64,000 nucleotides of DNA from the IMG/VR virus record IMGVR_UViG_3300042549_004948, positions 98,470 to 162,469 of that record. The stretch is one strand, 5' to 3'. The notes below the pieces were generated by a model that saw nothing but the letters and a program-made list of their open reading frames with translations, had not been told where the DNA came from and made no database searches. This document shows, piece by piece, positions 19,156 to 28,839 of the stretch (the first letter of the stretch is position 1; each line of letters begins with the position of its first letter). The stretch is from a virus. The translations under genes and the position numbers were made by a program.

Positions 19156-19758
19156 TTAACTGTTTAAAAGGTTATAGTATTCTTTAAAATGTTTAATTCT
19201 ATCTGGAAGTCCAATTGTACCTCCATTTACTCTTTTTGTTACTTTAGTAACTACTAAATCACTGGCTCCTTCATCTGCTATTTTATGTAAGCTATTTTTA
19301 TAAAAGAACCACGCTGCAGAAGCTAAAGGATATTTTGTAGCTACTAAATCAGGATTTGCTACACAATCTTCTCCAATAGATTTTGAGAACGCAGTATAGT
19401 TATCTTTTCCTGTAAGTTGTATAAATCCTCTTCCTTTAAATTTAGATCCATCACCAGAAGTTTCAGAACCGTTACCCATTCTACTAGCGTATACTTTATT
19501 TGCTATTTTATCAGGCTGTCTTTGATATTGATTAGCCACTGCTTCTGTAGGAAAATACTTCTTAAATATTCCCATCAAACCTTTACTAGAATAATTTAAA
19601 TTTTCTTTCAAGAATTTAAATCCTCCTGATTCATGTCCGCACTGTGCTAAAAAGTGAGCGAGTCTAATTGGAGTATTTAATTCAAATTTAGCTATTGTGT
19701 CTGGTATTTGGGCTAGTACTTGATCTGGGATATGCCCTTTTAATTTTTGTATATTCAT
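19156..19758 (-). CDS. GH19 (chitinase-class) endolysin
   Basis: AHFLAQCGHESGG, ENLNYS, GRGFIQLTGKDNY, SAAWFF, VNGG. Confidence 0.92.
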   Translation of the reverse strand: MNIQKLKGHIPDQVLAQIPDTIAKFELNTPIRLAHFLAQCGHESGGFKFLKENLNYSSKGLMGIFKKYFPTEAVANQYQRQPDKIANKVYASRMGNGSETSGDGSKFKGRGFIQLTGKDNYTAFSKSIGEDCVANPDLVATKYPLASAAWFFYKNSLHKIADEGASDLVVTKVTKRVNGGTIGLPDRIKHFKEYYNLLNS

Positions 19759-19764
19759 AAATTA

Positions 19765-20124
19765 TTACTTTTTGATTATTATATTTGTTTTATATTCAGT
19801 GCCTTGAATGTCTATAAGTATTAAATTATAGTCGCCATTTTTAAGATCAGAAAAATCTAACTTTTTTGTTACATTAGAACTTTCTGCAGTAAAACCTAAT
19901 ATTTTTAATTCTTTTCCAAGTAAATTTGTTACCTGGAGTGAATACTTGGCGTTTGTAGTTAACGTCATGTCAACTACTATATTTGAGCCATTTGAAACAA
20001 TTGGAGAAACTTTGTTAATAACAGATGCTTTGGGAATAGCACCTAATTCTATTTTTAGAGGCTCAATTTGTATTTTTGTGCATCCAACAAATATAAATAT
20101 CAAGATGTATAGTAGCTTTTTCAT
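19765..20124 (-). CDS. lipoprotein with T9SS C-terminal-domain-like Ig fold
   Basis: Lipobox FVGC; LQVTNLLGKE...LDFSDLKNGDYNLIL...KTNIIIKK. Confidence 0.65.
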   Translation of the reverse strand: MKKLLYILIFIFVGCTKIQIEPLKIELGAIPKASVINKVSPIVSNGSNIVVDMTLTTNAKYSLQVTNLLGKELKILGFTAESSNVTKKLDFSDLKNGDYNLILIDIQGTEYKTNIIIKK

Positions 20125-20125
20125 A

Positions 20126-21895
20126 TTAATTAAAGTTATTGTATCCGGTTAATTTTATGGACTGAGTATTTAAATTGATTCCTAACTGATTGCCATTATT
20201 GTCTGAAGCATCCAGGTTCGAGGTTATTTGTATTTTAGTATTCAGATCTAACCCGTTTTCGAGTGCCGAGAATTTTAGTTTAAATGGTAGTGATGCGCCT
20301 ATTATAGAATTTTTAAGATCTTTGTCTATAGCTCCAAATTTTATTTTACCTTCTTTAGAATTAGCAAATACATACCATGAATTAGGTACTTCAGATTTAA
20401 TATCCTCAAATTTTACTTTAGTATTATCATAGACAAATTCAAATTGTATTGCAGATACATTATTTCCTTTAGTGTCTAAATTTATAGGAATTTCTATATT
20501 GTTTGATGTGATAACTATATTTTTTAAATTAACATCTATATAAGAAACATTTTTAATATCATTAAAACCATATGCAGCATTTGAAAGCCCAGATAATAAC
20601 AAACTATTTTTTGCGGTTGTTATAGTTTGTCCATTTAATACAACTTGAGAAGAGTGAGACCTATTTATATCTCCTGGTACTATATATTTTAAATCAACTG
20701 TATCAGCCACACTTTTAGTTTTGAACTTAACTTTAAAAGAGTTCATATCTGTAAGTGTTAGTTGCAAAGCTTCATCTACACCAACATTGTCAAAATAGTT
20801 TTTTGTGAATATAGGCAAATTAGTAATATTAGAATTAGCTTGGCTATTAAATATAGTGTCCGCTCCTACTGCTTGAGCAAAAAGTAAGGCTAAATCTCCT
20901 CCGTCAAACTTTTGATTTCTATTAACATCTGCTGCAAAAAAACTCATTCCTGATGTCATTGAAATTTTATTAAATGTTCCATCAAGGTTTTGTTTAATAA
21001 ATTCATTTTGTGCTGCTGTGTAATCTGATACTGTTACAGCTCTAGATAGTATGCTCCCTAAACTATCTGAAGGGATCCATGCGGATGCATAATAAGTTGT
21101 ATTAGGCAAAATCTCACTAGATAAATTATAAGATCCATTAGTACCAACTGATCTACTTGCTCTTAGTATATTATTAGTAGAATCTGTAAAAGCTAGTGTA
21201 GGCTTTAAATTACCAAATAAATTTCCGTTGACTTGAAAAGTTCCGCGAATTAGTGCATTTAAATTGGGATCTAGATTAATCCAAGCAGAATTAGGTTTGG
21301 GCATTGTAATTGTCATTTCTTGACCTGAGTTACTCCATCCGTATGCAAAGTTATAATAAATAGAATCATAAGCAAAACCTGCTTGGATATTAACTACTTT
21401 AAAACGAAGATAACAAAGAACACCATTGTTCAGTTGTGTCATATTACCATTAGGAGTGGCAGTATTAATGTTAATACGATTAATAGCTTTAGTTTGTCCT
21501 TGTGCATATTGATACTGCGCATTTTGTGAATTTTGCAAACCATTCTCGGTATTATTGTTTGCATTATTAAACCAATTATATCCTGGATAGTAATTATTAG
21601 AAAACGAAGTTTGAGTTCCAATAGGAATAGCTTCTGTTCCTGATTGTGGAAACACAATTCCTATCATACTGATAGCCGATATTTGATGTTGGAAGTCAAG
21701 ATAAAAGTTTCTTATATTAGAGTTATTATTCTTTAATACAAGAGCGACTTCAACTGTATCATCTTTTTCAATGGCTCCGCCATTAATATCTGTAGTTATT
21801 AAGTTAGGCCAGATTTTAAGTTCTGGTGGTGTATTCTGGCTATAGGATGAAAAAGCAACTATAAAAGTAGCTAAAAGCAAAATTATTTTTTTCAT
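20126..21895 (-). CDS. exported cohesin/dockerin-like domain protein
   Basis: Signal peptide; dockerin/EF-hand-like ADVNRNQKFDGGDL and GDINRS; cohesin-like IEIPINLD...SAIQFEFVYD. Confidence 0.65.
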   Translation of the reverse strand: MKKIILLLATFIVAFSSYSQNTPPELKIWPNLITTDINGGAIEKDDTVEVALVLKNNNSNIRNFYLDFQHQISAISMIGIVFPQSGTEAIPIGTQTSFSNNYYPGYNWFNNANNNTENGLQNSQNAQYQYAQGQTKAINRININTATPNGNMTQLNNGVLCYLRFKVVNIQAGFAYDSIYYNFAYGWSNSGQEMTITMPKPNSAWINLDPNLNALIRGTFQVNGNLFGNLKPTLAFTDSTNNILRASRSVGTNGSYNLSSEILPNTTYYASAWIPSDSLGSILSRAVTVSDYTAAQNEFIKQNLDGTFNKISMTSGMSFFAADVNRNQKFDGGDLALLFAQAVGADTIFNSQANSNITNLPIFTKNYFDNVGVDEALQLTLTDMNSFKVKFKTKSVADTVDLKYIVPGDINRSHSSQVVLNGQTITTAKNSLLLSGLSNAAYGFNDIKNVSYIDVNLKNIVITSNNIEIPINLDTKGNNVSAIQFEFVYDNTKVKFEDIKSEVPNSWYVFANSKEGKIKFGAIDKDLKNSIIGASLPFKLKFSALENGLDLNTKIQITSNLDASDNNGNQLGINLNTQSIKLTGYNNFN

Positions 21896-21899
21896 ATTT

Positions 21900-22565
21900 T
21901 TAATCTAGTAATTTAGTAATCAACGCAACACAGGTTTTCTTAACTGCATTTCTCATGACCGTTGAATTAAATTGACCAGATTCAGAAATCAATAATGTTG
22001 AGGTGGAGATTTCTGAAGACTCATCTGTGACAGTTTGTCTTTTGATGATCTTACCTTTATTGTCTAATAGTACTCCTTCCATTCTAATGATGACAGCGTT
22101 TTCATCTTTGTGGAATATAGACACATTGGTATTAGTTTGTTTTTGATCCATATAAACTATATTTGCACTGATCAAAAACTCGGCGTCTTCTTTGTTTGTT
22201 AAATTATAACCTTTATCTTGAGCAACTTCTTCTATAATATTTTTAACTCCAAAAGCTAGATTTTTGTTACCTGTCATCGGACCTATTTTCACACTATTTA
22301 CAACAGTATTAATGTAGATCGTTTTATATTGCGCAGAGAATGCGCTAGATTTACTAAAAGTTCCGTCAAATTTATGTATATACCAAGTATTAATTGACGT
22401 AGCTATATTTTTAAACCCAGAAAAATCTAAAACTATTAAGCTAATTTGTAAAAATAGTCCTAGAAGGACAAAAGATATAATTAACTTTAGAAATAATTGT
22501 TCTAAAAGAATATATATATACTTATTCACTCTATAATTGGTTATATAAATAAATATCAAAACCAA
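21900..22565 (-). CDS. second CsgG/TolB-N-like membrane-anchored protein (start uncertain)
   Basis: N-terminal TM; LAFGVKNIIEE...AVKKTCVALI pattern parallels the 13776 protein. Confidence 0.45.
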   Translation of the reverse strand: MVLIFIYITNYRVNKYIYILLEQLFLKLIISFVLLGLFLQISLIVLDFSGFKNIATSINTWYIHKFDGTFSKSSAFSAQYKTIYINTVVNSVKIGPMTGNKNLAFGVKNIIEEVAQDKGYNLTNKEDAEFLISANIVYMDQKQTNTNVSIFHKDENAVIIRMEGVLLDNKGKIIKRQTVTDESSEISTSTLLISESGQFNSTVMRNAVKKTCVALITKLLD

Positions 22566-22584
22566 TTATTAATTTATAAAGTAT

Positions 22585-22842
22585 CTATTTAAATTTAGCC
22601 AAAGTTGATTTAAGTTGATCTTTAGACATAACTCCAGAACTTCTGAACAGGGTATTTCCTGCATGATCTACAACTACAATAGTTGGAACTGCGCTAATTT
22701 CATACTTTTGAGAAAAAGTAGTATCATAATCAACGTTAATATCGTTTATAGAAATACCTAAATCTCTTGAAACTTCTTGAACAATAGGCTTAAAAACTTT
22801 ACACGGTCCACACCATGGAGCTGAGAAATACAAAACTTGCAT
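22585..22842 (-). CDS. trxA: thioredoxin
   Basis: WCGPC active site and cis-Pro AVPT. Confidence 0.92.
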   Translation of the reverse strand: MQVLYFSAPWCGPCKVFKPIVQEVSRDLGISINDINVDYDTTFSQKYEISAVPTIVVVDHAGNTLFRSSGVMSKDQLKSTLAKFK

Positions 22843-22843
22843 A

Positions 22844-23488
22844 TTACTTTATTTTAAATTTTAAATTCGTTAACTTTTCTACTTCTTCTATTGTTACTTT
22901 GTTATCTTCTATACCGTTAGGTTTAGATTGATCATTTTGAAAGATATAAGCTAGCCAACTATTAGAACTCTTTATGTATAAAACTTTCCAACACTTTTCA
23001 GGAATAGATAGTCTTCCTACCTTCTTGGCCTCTCCTACTGATCCTGTCCATATTTTTATAGAGTCTTGAGCTTTTGCCCACTCTCTAGTTTTCATCTCTA
23101 GTATCTTCCAGTCTCCTCTATTCAATGATCCGTATTGTGGAGTCATATTTGAAAAGTAGAAAGACTCTTTCATAGCATCAGGCCCAGAACATTGATTATC
23201 GGCTGCTGGGGCCATGTGGCCGCGATCAAAGCCAGATCCAATATAATCTTTAGCTATGTTTGTTTCAGCCTCTAGAAGTGGATCAGGTACAAACTGGTCT
23301 TTTCTTGGTATTGGATTTGTACACGATACTTTTTGCTTGGTTAACCACCACTCCACAAGTACTGGATACTTTAAAGATTTAGAAAATACTGTAGTATACT
23401 CTTTATGATTTAACCTTACTGTATCTTGTGCCTTTAATGACACACTAAAAAAAAGAACTATTGCAATTGAGTATAATAATTTAAACAT
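22844..23488 (-). CDS. exported DNA/RNA non-specific endonuclease (NucA family)
   Basis: Signal peptide; DRGHMAPAAD, FYFSNMTPQ, LNRGDWKILE. Confidence 0.9.
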   Translation of the reverse strand: MFKLLYSIAIVLFFSVSLKAQDTVRLNHKEYTTVFSKSLKYPVLVEWWLTKQKVSCTNPIPRKDQFVPDPLLEAETNIAKDYIGSGFDRGHMAPAADNQCSGPDAMKESFYFSNMTPQYGSLNRGDWKILEMKTREWAKAQDSIKIWTGSVGEAKKVGRLSIPEKCWKVLYIKSSNSWLAYIFQNDQSKPNGIEDNKVTIEEVEKLTNLKFKIK

Positions 23489-23658
23489 TCTTTATTATAA
23501 ATATCGATTGTTCTAATTGTTCTTTTAGGATTAAAGGTATAGGAGTTTTTAGGTTTATTTTTCTTTTGCCACTCTTCGTATTTATCTTCTTGAAGCCAAT
23601 GGTCTGTTTGCTTCTTCATTATTTTTAGAAGCTGGTCTCGTCTTTGTTCGTAACTCAT
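23458..23658 (-). CDS. hypothetical protein
   Basis: Preceded by a TATATTTG box and a terminator. Confidence 0.55.
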   Translation of the reverse strand: MSYEQRRDQLLKIMKKQTDHWLQEDKYEEWQKKNKPKNSYTFNPKRTIRTIDIYNKECLNYYTQLQ

Positions 23659-23662
23659 ATAT

Positions 23663-23670
23663 CAAATATA
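23663..23670 (-). promoter_or_regulatory. Bacteroidota-type -7 promoter box TAnnTTTG
   Basis: TATATTTG 4 nt upstream of the ATG; another copy at 27040-27047. Confidence 0.55.
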
Positions 23671-23722
23671 AAAAAAACCTCTTATTTAGAGGTTATCTTT
23701 ATTTATAGTGATTCACTATTTT

Positions 23723-25177
23723 TTAAACTATGATTCCGTTAACTACTTTACCAGCTACATCGGTAAGTCTATATCTTCTTCCTAAGTGTTTATATGTAAG
23801 CGTTTCGTGATCTATTCCCATCAAGTGTAATATTGTTGCGTGGAAGTCATGAACATCTACAGGATCTTTTATAATATTGTATCCAAATTCATCTGTTTCT
23901 CCATAAACAATACCGGGCTTAATTCCTCCACCTGCCATCCAGATGCTGAAACACTTTGGATGATGATCTCTGCCATAATTTATAGGATCAATTCTTCCTT
24001 GACAAAAGTTTGTTCTTCCAAATTCACCACCCCAGATTACGAGTGTTTCGTCAAGGAGTCCACGTTGCTTCAAGTCTTTTATAAGTGCTGCTGAAGCGCG
24101 GTCTACGTCTTCTGCCTGCATTTTCATATCGTTAACAAGATTGCCATGGGTATCCCATCCTTGGTGATAGAGTTGAACAAAACGAACGCCTGATTCAGTT
24201 AACTTTCTTGCTAGCAAACAATTCGCAGCATATGTTCCAGGAATTAAACAATCTGCTCCATACATTTTAATGACATGGTCAGGTTCTTTATTTAAGTCTG
24301 TTAATTCAGGAACTGCTGTTTGCATACGATAAGACATTTCGTATTGTTGAATTCTGGTATTTATCTCAGGATCTCCAAAATTTTGAAATGCTTCGGTGTT
24401 AAACTTTGCTAGTTGATCTAGCATATCTCTTCTATTTTGCTTATTGTGTCCTTCTGGATTTTTAAGATATAATACTGGATCTTCGCCGCTGCTAAACACA
24501 ACTCCTTGGTGCATACTATCTAAAAAACCATTGCTCCAAAGTTTTGAATATACACCCTGACCATTGCCGCGTCCACGGGAAAGCAAAACCGTATAAGCAG
24601 GAAGATTAGAATTTTCACTTCCAAGTCCATAACTCATCCATGCACCCATACTAGGTCTATTGCCTTGTTGTGCACCTGTTTGGAAAAATGTTAGTGCAGG
24701 ATCGTGGTTAATTGCTTCTGTATTCATACTTCTGATGATACAGATATCGTCTGCTATTGATCCTATATGTGGAAATAAACTTGATATAGAAGCACCTGAT
24801 TGTCCGTACTGATTGAAACCAAATGCAGAGCCTACCAATGGGAACTTATCTTGGTTTGCAGTCATGCCAGTTAACCTTTGCCCATTTCGTATTGAGGCAG
24901 GTAGATCTTGACCATGCATTGTATTCAATAGAGGTTTGTGATCAAAGGTTTCAAGTTGAGACGGTGCTCCATTTTGAAACAAGTATATAACTCGTTTTGC
25001 TTTTGGTGCAAATTGTGCAATACCAAGTGGTAAAGATTTAACTTCTCCACTAGATCCAAACAATTGATCTTTGAATAGCATGGTTCCTAAAGCAGCGCTT
25101 CCGATACCTAGACCTGCCTTTGTTAGAAAATGCCTTCTAGTAATGTTTAGTCTAAACTGTTTTTCTTGGTTTTCCAT
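23723..25177 (-). CDS. DUF1501 family Tat-exported protein (sulfatase-like fold)
   Basis: TRRHFL Tat motif; AKRVIYLFQNGAPSQLETFD, GWDTHG, WGGEFGRT, GRDHHP, RLTDVAG. Confidence 0.88.
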   Translation of the reverse strand: MENQEKQFRLNITRRHFLTKAGLGIGSAALGTMLFKDQLFGSSGEVKSLPLGIAQFAPKAKRVIYLFQNGAPSQLETFDHKPLLNTMHGQDLPASIRNGQRLTGMTANQDKFPLVGSAFGFNQYGQSGASISSLFPHIGSIADDICIIRSMNTEAINHDPALTFFQTGAQQGNRPSMGAWMSYGLGSENSNLPAYTVLLSRGRGNGQGVYSKLWSNGFLDSMHQGVVFSSGEDPVLYLKNPEGHNKQNRRDMLDQLAKFNTEAFQNFGDPEINTRIQQYEMSYRMQTAVPELTDLNKEPDHVIKMYGADCLIPGTYAANCLLARKLTESGVRFVQLYHQGWDTHGNLVNDMKMQAEDVDRASAALIKDLKQRGLLDETLVIWGGEFGRTNFCQGRIDPINYGRDHHPKCFSIWMAGGGIKPGIVYGETDEFGYNIIKDPVDVHDFHATILHLMGIDHETLTYKHLGRRYRLTDVAGKVVNGIIV

Positions 25178-25189
25178 ACTAATAAATAT

Positions 25190-25244
25190 TTAATTAGATA
25201 GTGGAGCTTTGATTGCCGTGTGTGATTGATAGTTCTAACTTTAT
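25190..25244 (-). pseudogene. thyA: relic of thymidylate synthase ThyA C-terminus
   Basis: Intergenic frame reads NYQSHTAIKAPLSN*, preceded out of frame by IKLE; matches the ThyA C-terminal LENYxSHPxIKAPxx pattern. Confidence 0.65.
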
Positions 25245-25292
25245 TATTCTTGTAATTCTAGGATCAGAATAATTTTGCATGCTTATATTTTA

Positions 25293-25643
25293 TTACAATT
25301 CATTTGCATATTTTTTACCGTCTTCTGTAAGAGAATAAAGTATATCTCCATTTTCTCCTACTGAAACTTTTGCTAATCCTTTATCTACTAATCCATCTAG
25401 TAGCTCTTGAGTGTGTTTTAATGATGCTTTTTCGTAACACTTTTTTACATCCTCATCTGTTATTAGATAAGTCTCTTTATTTCCTTTTAGATACTCTACA
25501 TAGCTATCTAGTGCTAGATTATAAACACCGTTGCACCAGTCGTCTAAAAGCTCTGAATCCATGTTTCCTTCTCCTAATTTAGAAATTTCATAAGAGATAT
25601 CCATCGCGTATTCTTCAGGTAAAGTATACTTTTTATTCTGCAT
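25293..25643 (-). CDS. hypothetical protein with winged-helix-like C-terminus
   Basis: LDGLVDKGLAKV...YSLTEDGK; start moved to MQNKKY. Confidence 0.6.
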   Translation of the reverse strand: MQNKKYTLPEEYAMDISYEISKLGEGNMDSELLDDWCNGVYNLALDSYVEYLKGNKETYLITDEDVKKCYEKASLKHTQELLDGLVDKGLAKVSVGENGDILYSLTEDGKKYANEL

Positions 25644-25941
25644 ATTCTGGGTGATTTTGTAACCAATCTGATATTGTAAGTCCATAACAAAGATCGAACC
25701 ATGCCATTTCCGTCTGAGCTGATTTTAGATTAGTTCTAAGTTTAGTTTTTATGAACTTAGTACCCCACTCTTTCCATTCTTTATTCTGAGCTTCTGTCAT
25801 GGTCCATTGTTGATACCAGTTGTCAGTTCTACCTTCAACATCTTTGTATCTAATATCGTGGCCTGCAAACTCAAACATTTTATCAATAAGAGTTATTGCC
25901 ATCTGTTCTTTTGTTTGACGTTTTTTTTCTGGTCTTGTCAT
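25633..25941 (-). CDS. hypothetical protein
   Basis: Operon packing. Confidence 0.6.
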   Translation of the reverse strand: MTRPEKKRQTKEQMAITLIDKMFEFAGHDIRYKDVEGRTDNWYQQWTMTEAQNKEWKEWGTKFIKTKLRTNLKSAQTEMAWFDLCYGLTISDWLQNHPEYAE

Positions 25942-25948
25942 GTAACTT

Positions 25949-26218
25949 TTATTTTAGCATGTATAAAATATCTTCAAACTTTTTAGCTGCTATGGAATCT
26001 TCTTGTTTTAGATTTTCTAGAGTTACTTCGTATCTTTCTAGGTCTATTCTTAAAATATTAATAGAGTCAAGTAACTCTGCTTTATAGATATCCCCGCCTC
26101 CTTCAAGTCCTATTTCAGAACAACTGTAATTTTTTATAATCATATTTTGATAACCTACTAGAATTACTAAAATTGCAACTATAGCAAAGTAAACTAGATA
26201 TCGTAACTTATTTTTCAT
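25949..26218 (-). CDS. membrane-anchored hypothetical protein
   Basis: Start MKNKLRY followed by a TM helix. Confidence 0.55.
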   Translation of the reverse strand: MKNKLRYLVYFAIVAILVILVGYQNMIIKNYSCSEIGLEGGGDIYKAELLDSINILRIDLERYEVTLENLKQEDSIAAKKFEDILYMLK

Positions 26219-26219
26219 A

Positions 26220-26411
26220 TTAAAATATTTCATCATGTAAATTTTCATCCCATCCGTCGCGACCAGCTTTATTGTGGATATCTTTATCCCAATTAAAGAA
26301 ATCTTTTCCTTTCTGTTTTGAAGTTTGCCTTTTGATGTAATCAATACCACCTGATAAAAGCCAAGTAAGAGATGCTGAGATTGCGACGATAAATAAAACT
26401 AAGCCTAACAT
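26220..26411 (-). CDS. small membrane protein
   Basis: N-terminal TM helix. Confidence 0.55.
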   Translation of the reverse strand: MLGLVLFIVAISASLTWLLSGGIDYIKRQTSKQKGKDFFNWDKDIHNKAGRDGWDENLHDEIF

Positions 26412-26451
26412 ATTATATTTTTTAAATTGGTTACATCGCTAATGCCGCTAA

Positions 26452-27033
26452 TCAATCCCACCAGCCTCTTAAATCTGATCCGTCATAATCTTTATACTCC
26501 TTATATTTTTTCCCTTCTATTATCTGCCATAATTCTTTCCACTCTTTTGCTTCTAGTTGATGTGCTTTACTGAAGATCATTTTGTTATGTAACTTCTGTT
26601 CTTCTGTCTCTTCATCGACTAACATATAATTTCCATTATCAGTCTTTTCAAAACCAAAATCTGATAGGTACAATTCTCCAAACTCTTTTTCAATCCTCTC
26701 TAGATAGCTGTCTTGTATCTTATTTTCCAATAACTCTATAGCCCTTCTCATTTTAGCTAGCTTCTTGTTTAGACTCGTAGATTCTTCATTTCCACCTACT
26801 ATCATTCCAGCTTCTTGAATCTCAAGAGATTTTTTTAACACTTCTAAAGTAAACCGATAATCCCACCAGCGGTGAGACCACAATTCACGGCGAAAACTCC
26901 AAACGTTCCTAATGAACCCAGGGAGTCCGTATCGTACGGCATCATAAGCCTTATAAATAGGGCTTTCATGCCATCTTAATTTCCTCAAACTCTTGAAAAA
27001 AGAATCTTCTGCGATAATATTCATAACCTCCAT
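26452..27033 (-). CDS. hypothetical phage protein
   Basis: Trp-rich, ends GWWD; TATATTTG box upstream. Confidence 0.7.
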   Translation of the reverse strand: MEVMNIIAEDSFFKSLRKLRWHESPIYKAYDAVRYGLPGFIRNVWSFRRELWSHRWWDYRFTLEVLKKSLEIQEAGMIVGGNEESTSLNKKLAKMRRAIELLENKIQDSYLERIEKEFGELYLSDFGFEKTDNGNYMLVDEETEEQKLHNKMIFSKAHQLEAKEWKELWQIIEGKKYKEYKDYDGSDLRGWWD

Positions 27034-27085
27034 TTATAACAAATATATGAAAAAAATAAAAAAGAATAAAAACTATGTCTATAGT

Positions 27086-27604
27086 TTAATAAAAATTTTC
27101 AGATGCTAATACTTTAGACATTTTCATGCTATTTGCAAATCTGCCATTTTTTAGCTGTACACAATGAGCATATAGATCCATCACGGTTCCATCAAAATCT
27201 TCCATCATATTTTCAAGATCTTCCTTAGGCATGCCGAATTCCTTACAAAAGTCTTTTTTCATATTCTTTGTAGTCTCTGCTTCATCTTTTAGGAAGTCTT
27301 CATGAAGCTTTTTGTATCTGGCTCTAAATAAGCTAATCTTATCTAGCTTATCATCATAGTGCTTCATGTCTTTTATAGCATCTTCAAGAAGATAGTTCTC
27401 GTGTTCTGCTTGATAGTAGTAGTCTGAGGGTTCATAATCGCCATTAGCTATTTTATCATGTAAACTACTTTTATCTGGTAAGATCTGCCTTTGTTGATAG
27501 CGTCTCCACCAAATAAATTGATTGTAGTTTTTTTTCTGTAGCTTAGAGAGTTTTACCTCTAAGACTTCTCTTGACATTTTTGTTGGAAAAATCATAACCT
27601 TCAT
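27086..27604 (-). CDS. hypothetical protein
   Basis: Operon packing. Confidence 0.65.
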   Translation of the reverse strand: MKVMIFPTKMSREVLEVKLSKLQKKNYNQFIWWRRYQQRQILPDKSSLHDKIANGDYEPSDYYYQAEHENYLLEDAIKDMKHYDDKLDKISLFRARYKKLHEDFLKDEAETTKNMKKDFCKEFGMPKEDLENMMEDFDGTVMDLYAHCVQLKNGRFANSMKMSKVLASENFY

Positions 27605-27794
27605 TTATTTTTTTACAATAATCTTTAGCAAATTTAATCTTCCATTCTCCTGTATGCCCGTCTTCATCTAGAGTGTACATAATAGCTTTTATTAGCTGCT
27701 GCTCTTCTTCCATTTTAAACCACTCTTTCATCTCTGCTAGATCTGATATTTTGCCATCAGAAAGCAGGTTGTATATTTTGTCTACTACTGTCAT
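27543..27794 (-). CDS. hypothetical protein
   Basis: Starts 5 nt after the TS-family stop. Confidence 0.55.
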   Translation of the reverse strand: MTVVDKIYNLLSDGKISDLAEMKEWFKMEEEQQLIKAIMYTLDEDGHTGEWKIKFAKDYCKKINEGYDFSNKNVKRSLRGKTL

Positions 27795-27799
27795 AGATA

Positions 27800-28447
27800 T
27801 TAATTAAACATGTCGTAATGTCTTGGATAGATATGTAAGTTTGTTATAAAGAAATGCATTTGACCTACAGGATATCCGGTTCTGTAAGATACGTGTTCCA
27901 TAAGTTTAGCAAATGTGTATTGATCATTACAGAAGCCAAAGACAAGATCGATAGATCTAGCAAATATAGTTAATTCTAGCTTACCGTCTTTAATATAAAA
28001 ATTAAGTACATCATTACACGGTGTATCATATTTGTATCTGTCTAACTCATGCAAAATGTAGTGAACTATAATAGCTCGTCTAGTTTCTTTATTTAGCTTT
28101 AGATCATTGACAACGCGATTAAGTTGATCGTTGTAATTCCAAAAGTATCCATAATTAGAATTAACTTCTGTAGTACCTGGTACCATCATTTGATTCCAGA
28201 TCTTGGCACGTTCACCTATTTCTTTTGCATCACGATCTCCTTTACGATACCATTCCCATTCGTATTCTGCATAGTCTTGATTAAACTTACGCTTTGGTGA
28301 AGTAATTACTTTTTGTGTAGGATCTTGTATAGTGAATGATGAATTAAATATTGCTTTGGTACCTGCAAAGTCTTCACCTTTGTCAATGATGTAGTGAAAC
28401 AGATTCTCGAATGCACTGGTTGGTGTAATGTATTTTTTAGTCTCCAT
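27800..28447 (-). CDS. thymidylate-synthase-family enzyme of dCMP hydroxymethylase type (T4 gp42-like)
   Basis: NSNYG, ETRRA, catalytic TPC, RSIDLVFGFCND (Asp at the ThyA Asn177 position), NLHIY. Confidence 0.82.
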   Translation of the reverse strand: METKKYITPTSAFENLFHYIIDKGEDFAGTKAIFNSSFTIQDPTQKVITSPKRKFNQDYAEYEWEWYRKGDRDAKEIGERAKIWNQMMVPGTTEVNSNYGYFWNYNDQLNRVVNDLKLNKETRRAIIVHYILHELDRYKYDTPCNDVLNFYIKDGKLELTIFARSIDLVFGFCNDQYTFAKLMEHVSYRTGYPVGQMHFFITNLHIYPRHYDMFN

Positions 28448-28838
28448 ATTGTTCTACTTCTATAAACTGTTTAAGAAAGTTAACGCCTTCTAAATTACGA
28501 TACTGATTCAAATATACAACTCTTTTTATTCCTGATTGCAAAATAACTTTGGAGCAGTCTAAACAAGGACTAAGTGTTAAGTACAAAGTGGAACCATCTA
28601 CAGAGTTGCCTGTCTTGGCTGCTTTAATAATTACATTTATTTCAGCATGGATAACATGAGGTAGAGTGACATTATCTCTCTCGCAACAATTGTCCATACC
28701 AGAAGGAGTCCCATTATATCCAAAACTTATCAAGTTGCCGTCTTTAACTAAAACTGCGCCTACCTTAGATCGAACGCAGTGTGACAGAGTAGATGTTTCT
28801 TTTGCTATGTTTATAAATACTTTGTCTAGTTTATTCAT
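28437..28838 (-). CDS. dCMP deaminase
   Basis: KVGAVLV, GYNGTP, HAEIN, SPCLDC; start at MNKLDK. Confidence 0.92.
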   Translation of the reverse strand: MNKLDKVFINIAKETSTLSHCVRSKVGAVLVKDGNLISFGYNGTPSGMDNCCERDNVTLPHVIHAEINVIIKAAKTGNSVDGSTLYLTLSPCLDCSKVILQSGIKRVVYLNQYRNLEGVNFLKQFIEVEQYGD

Positions 28839-28839
28839 A

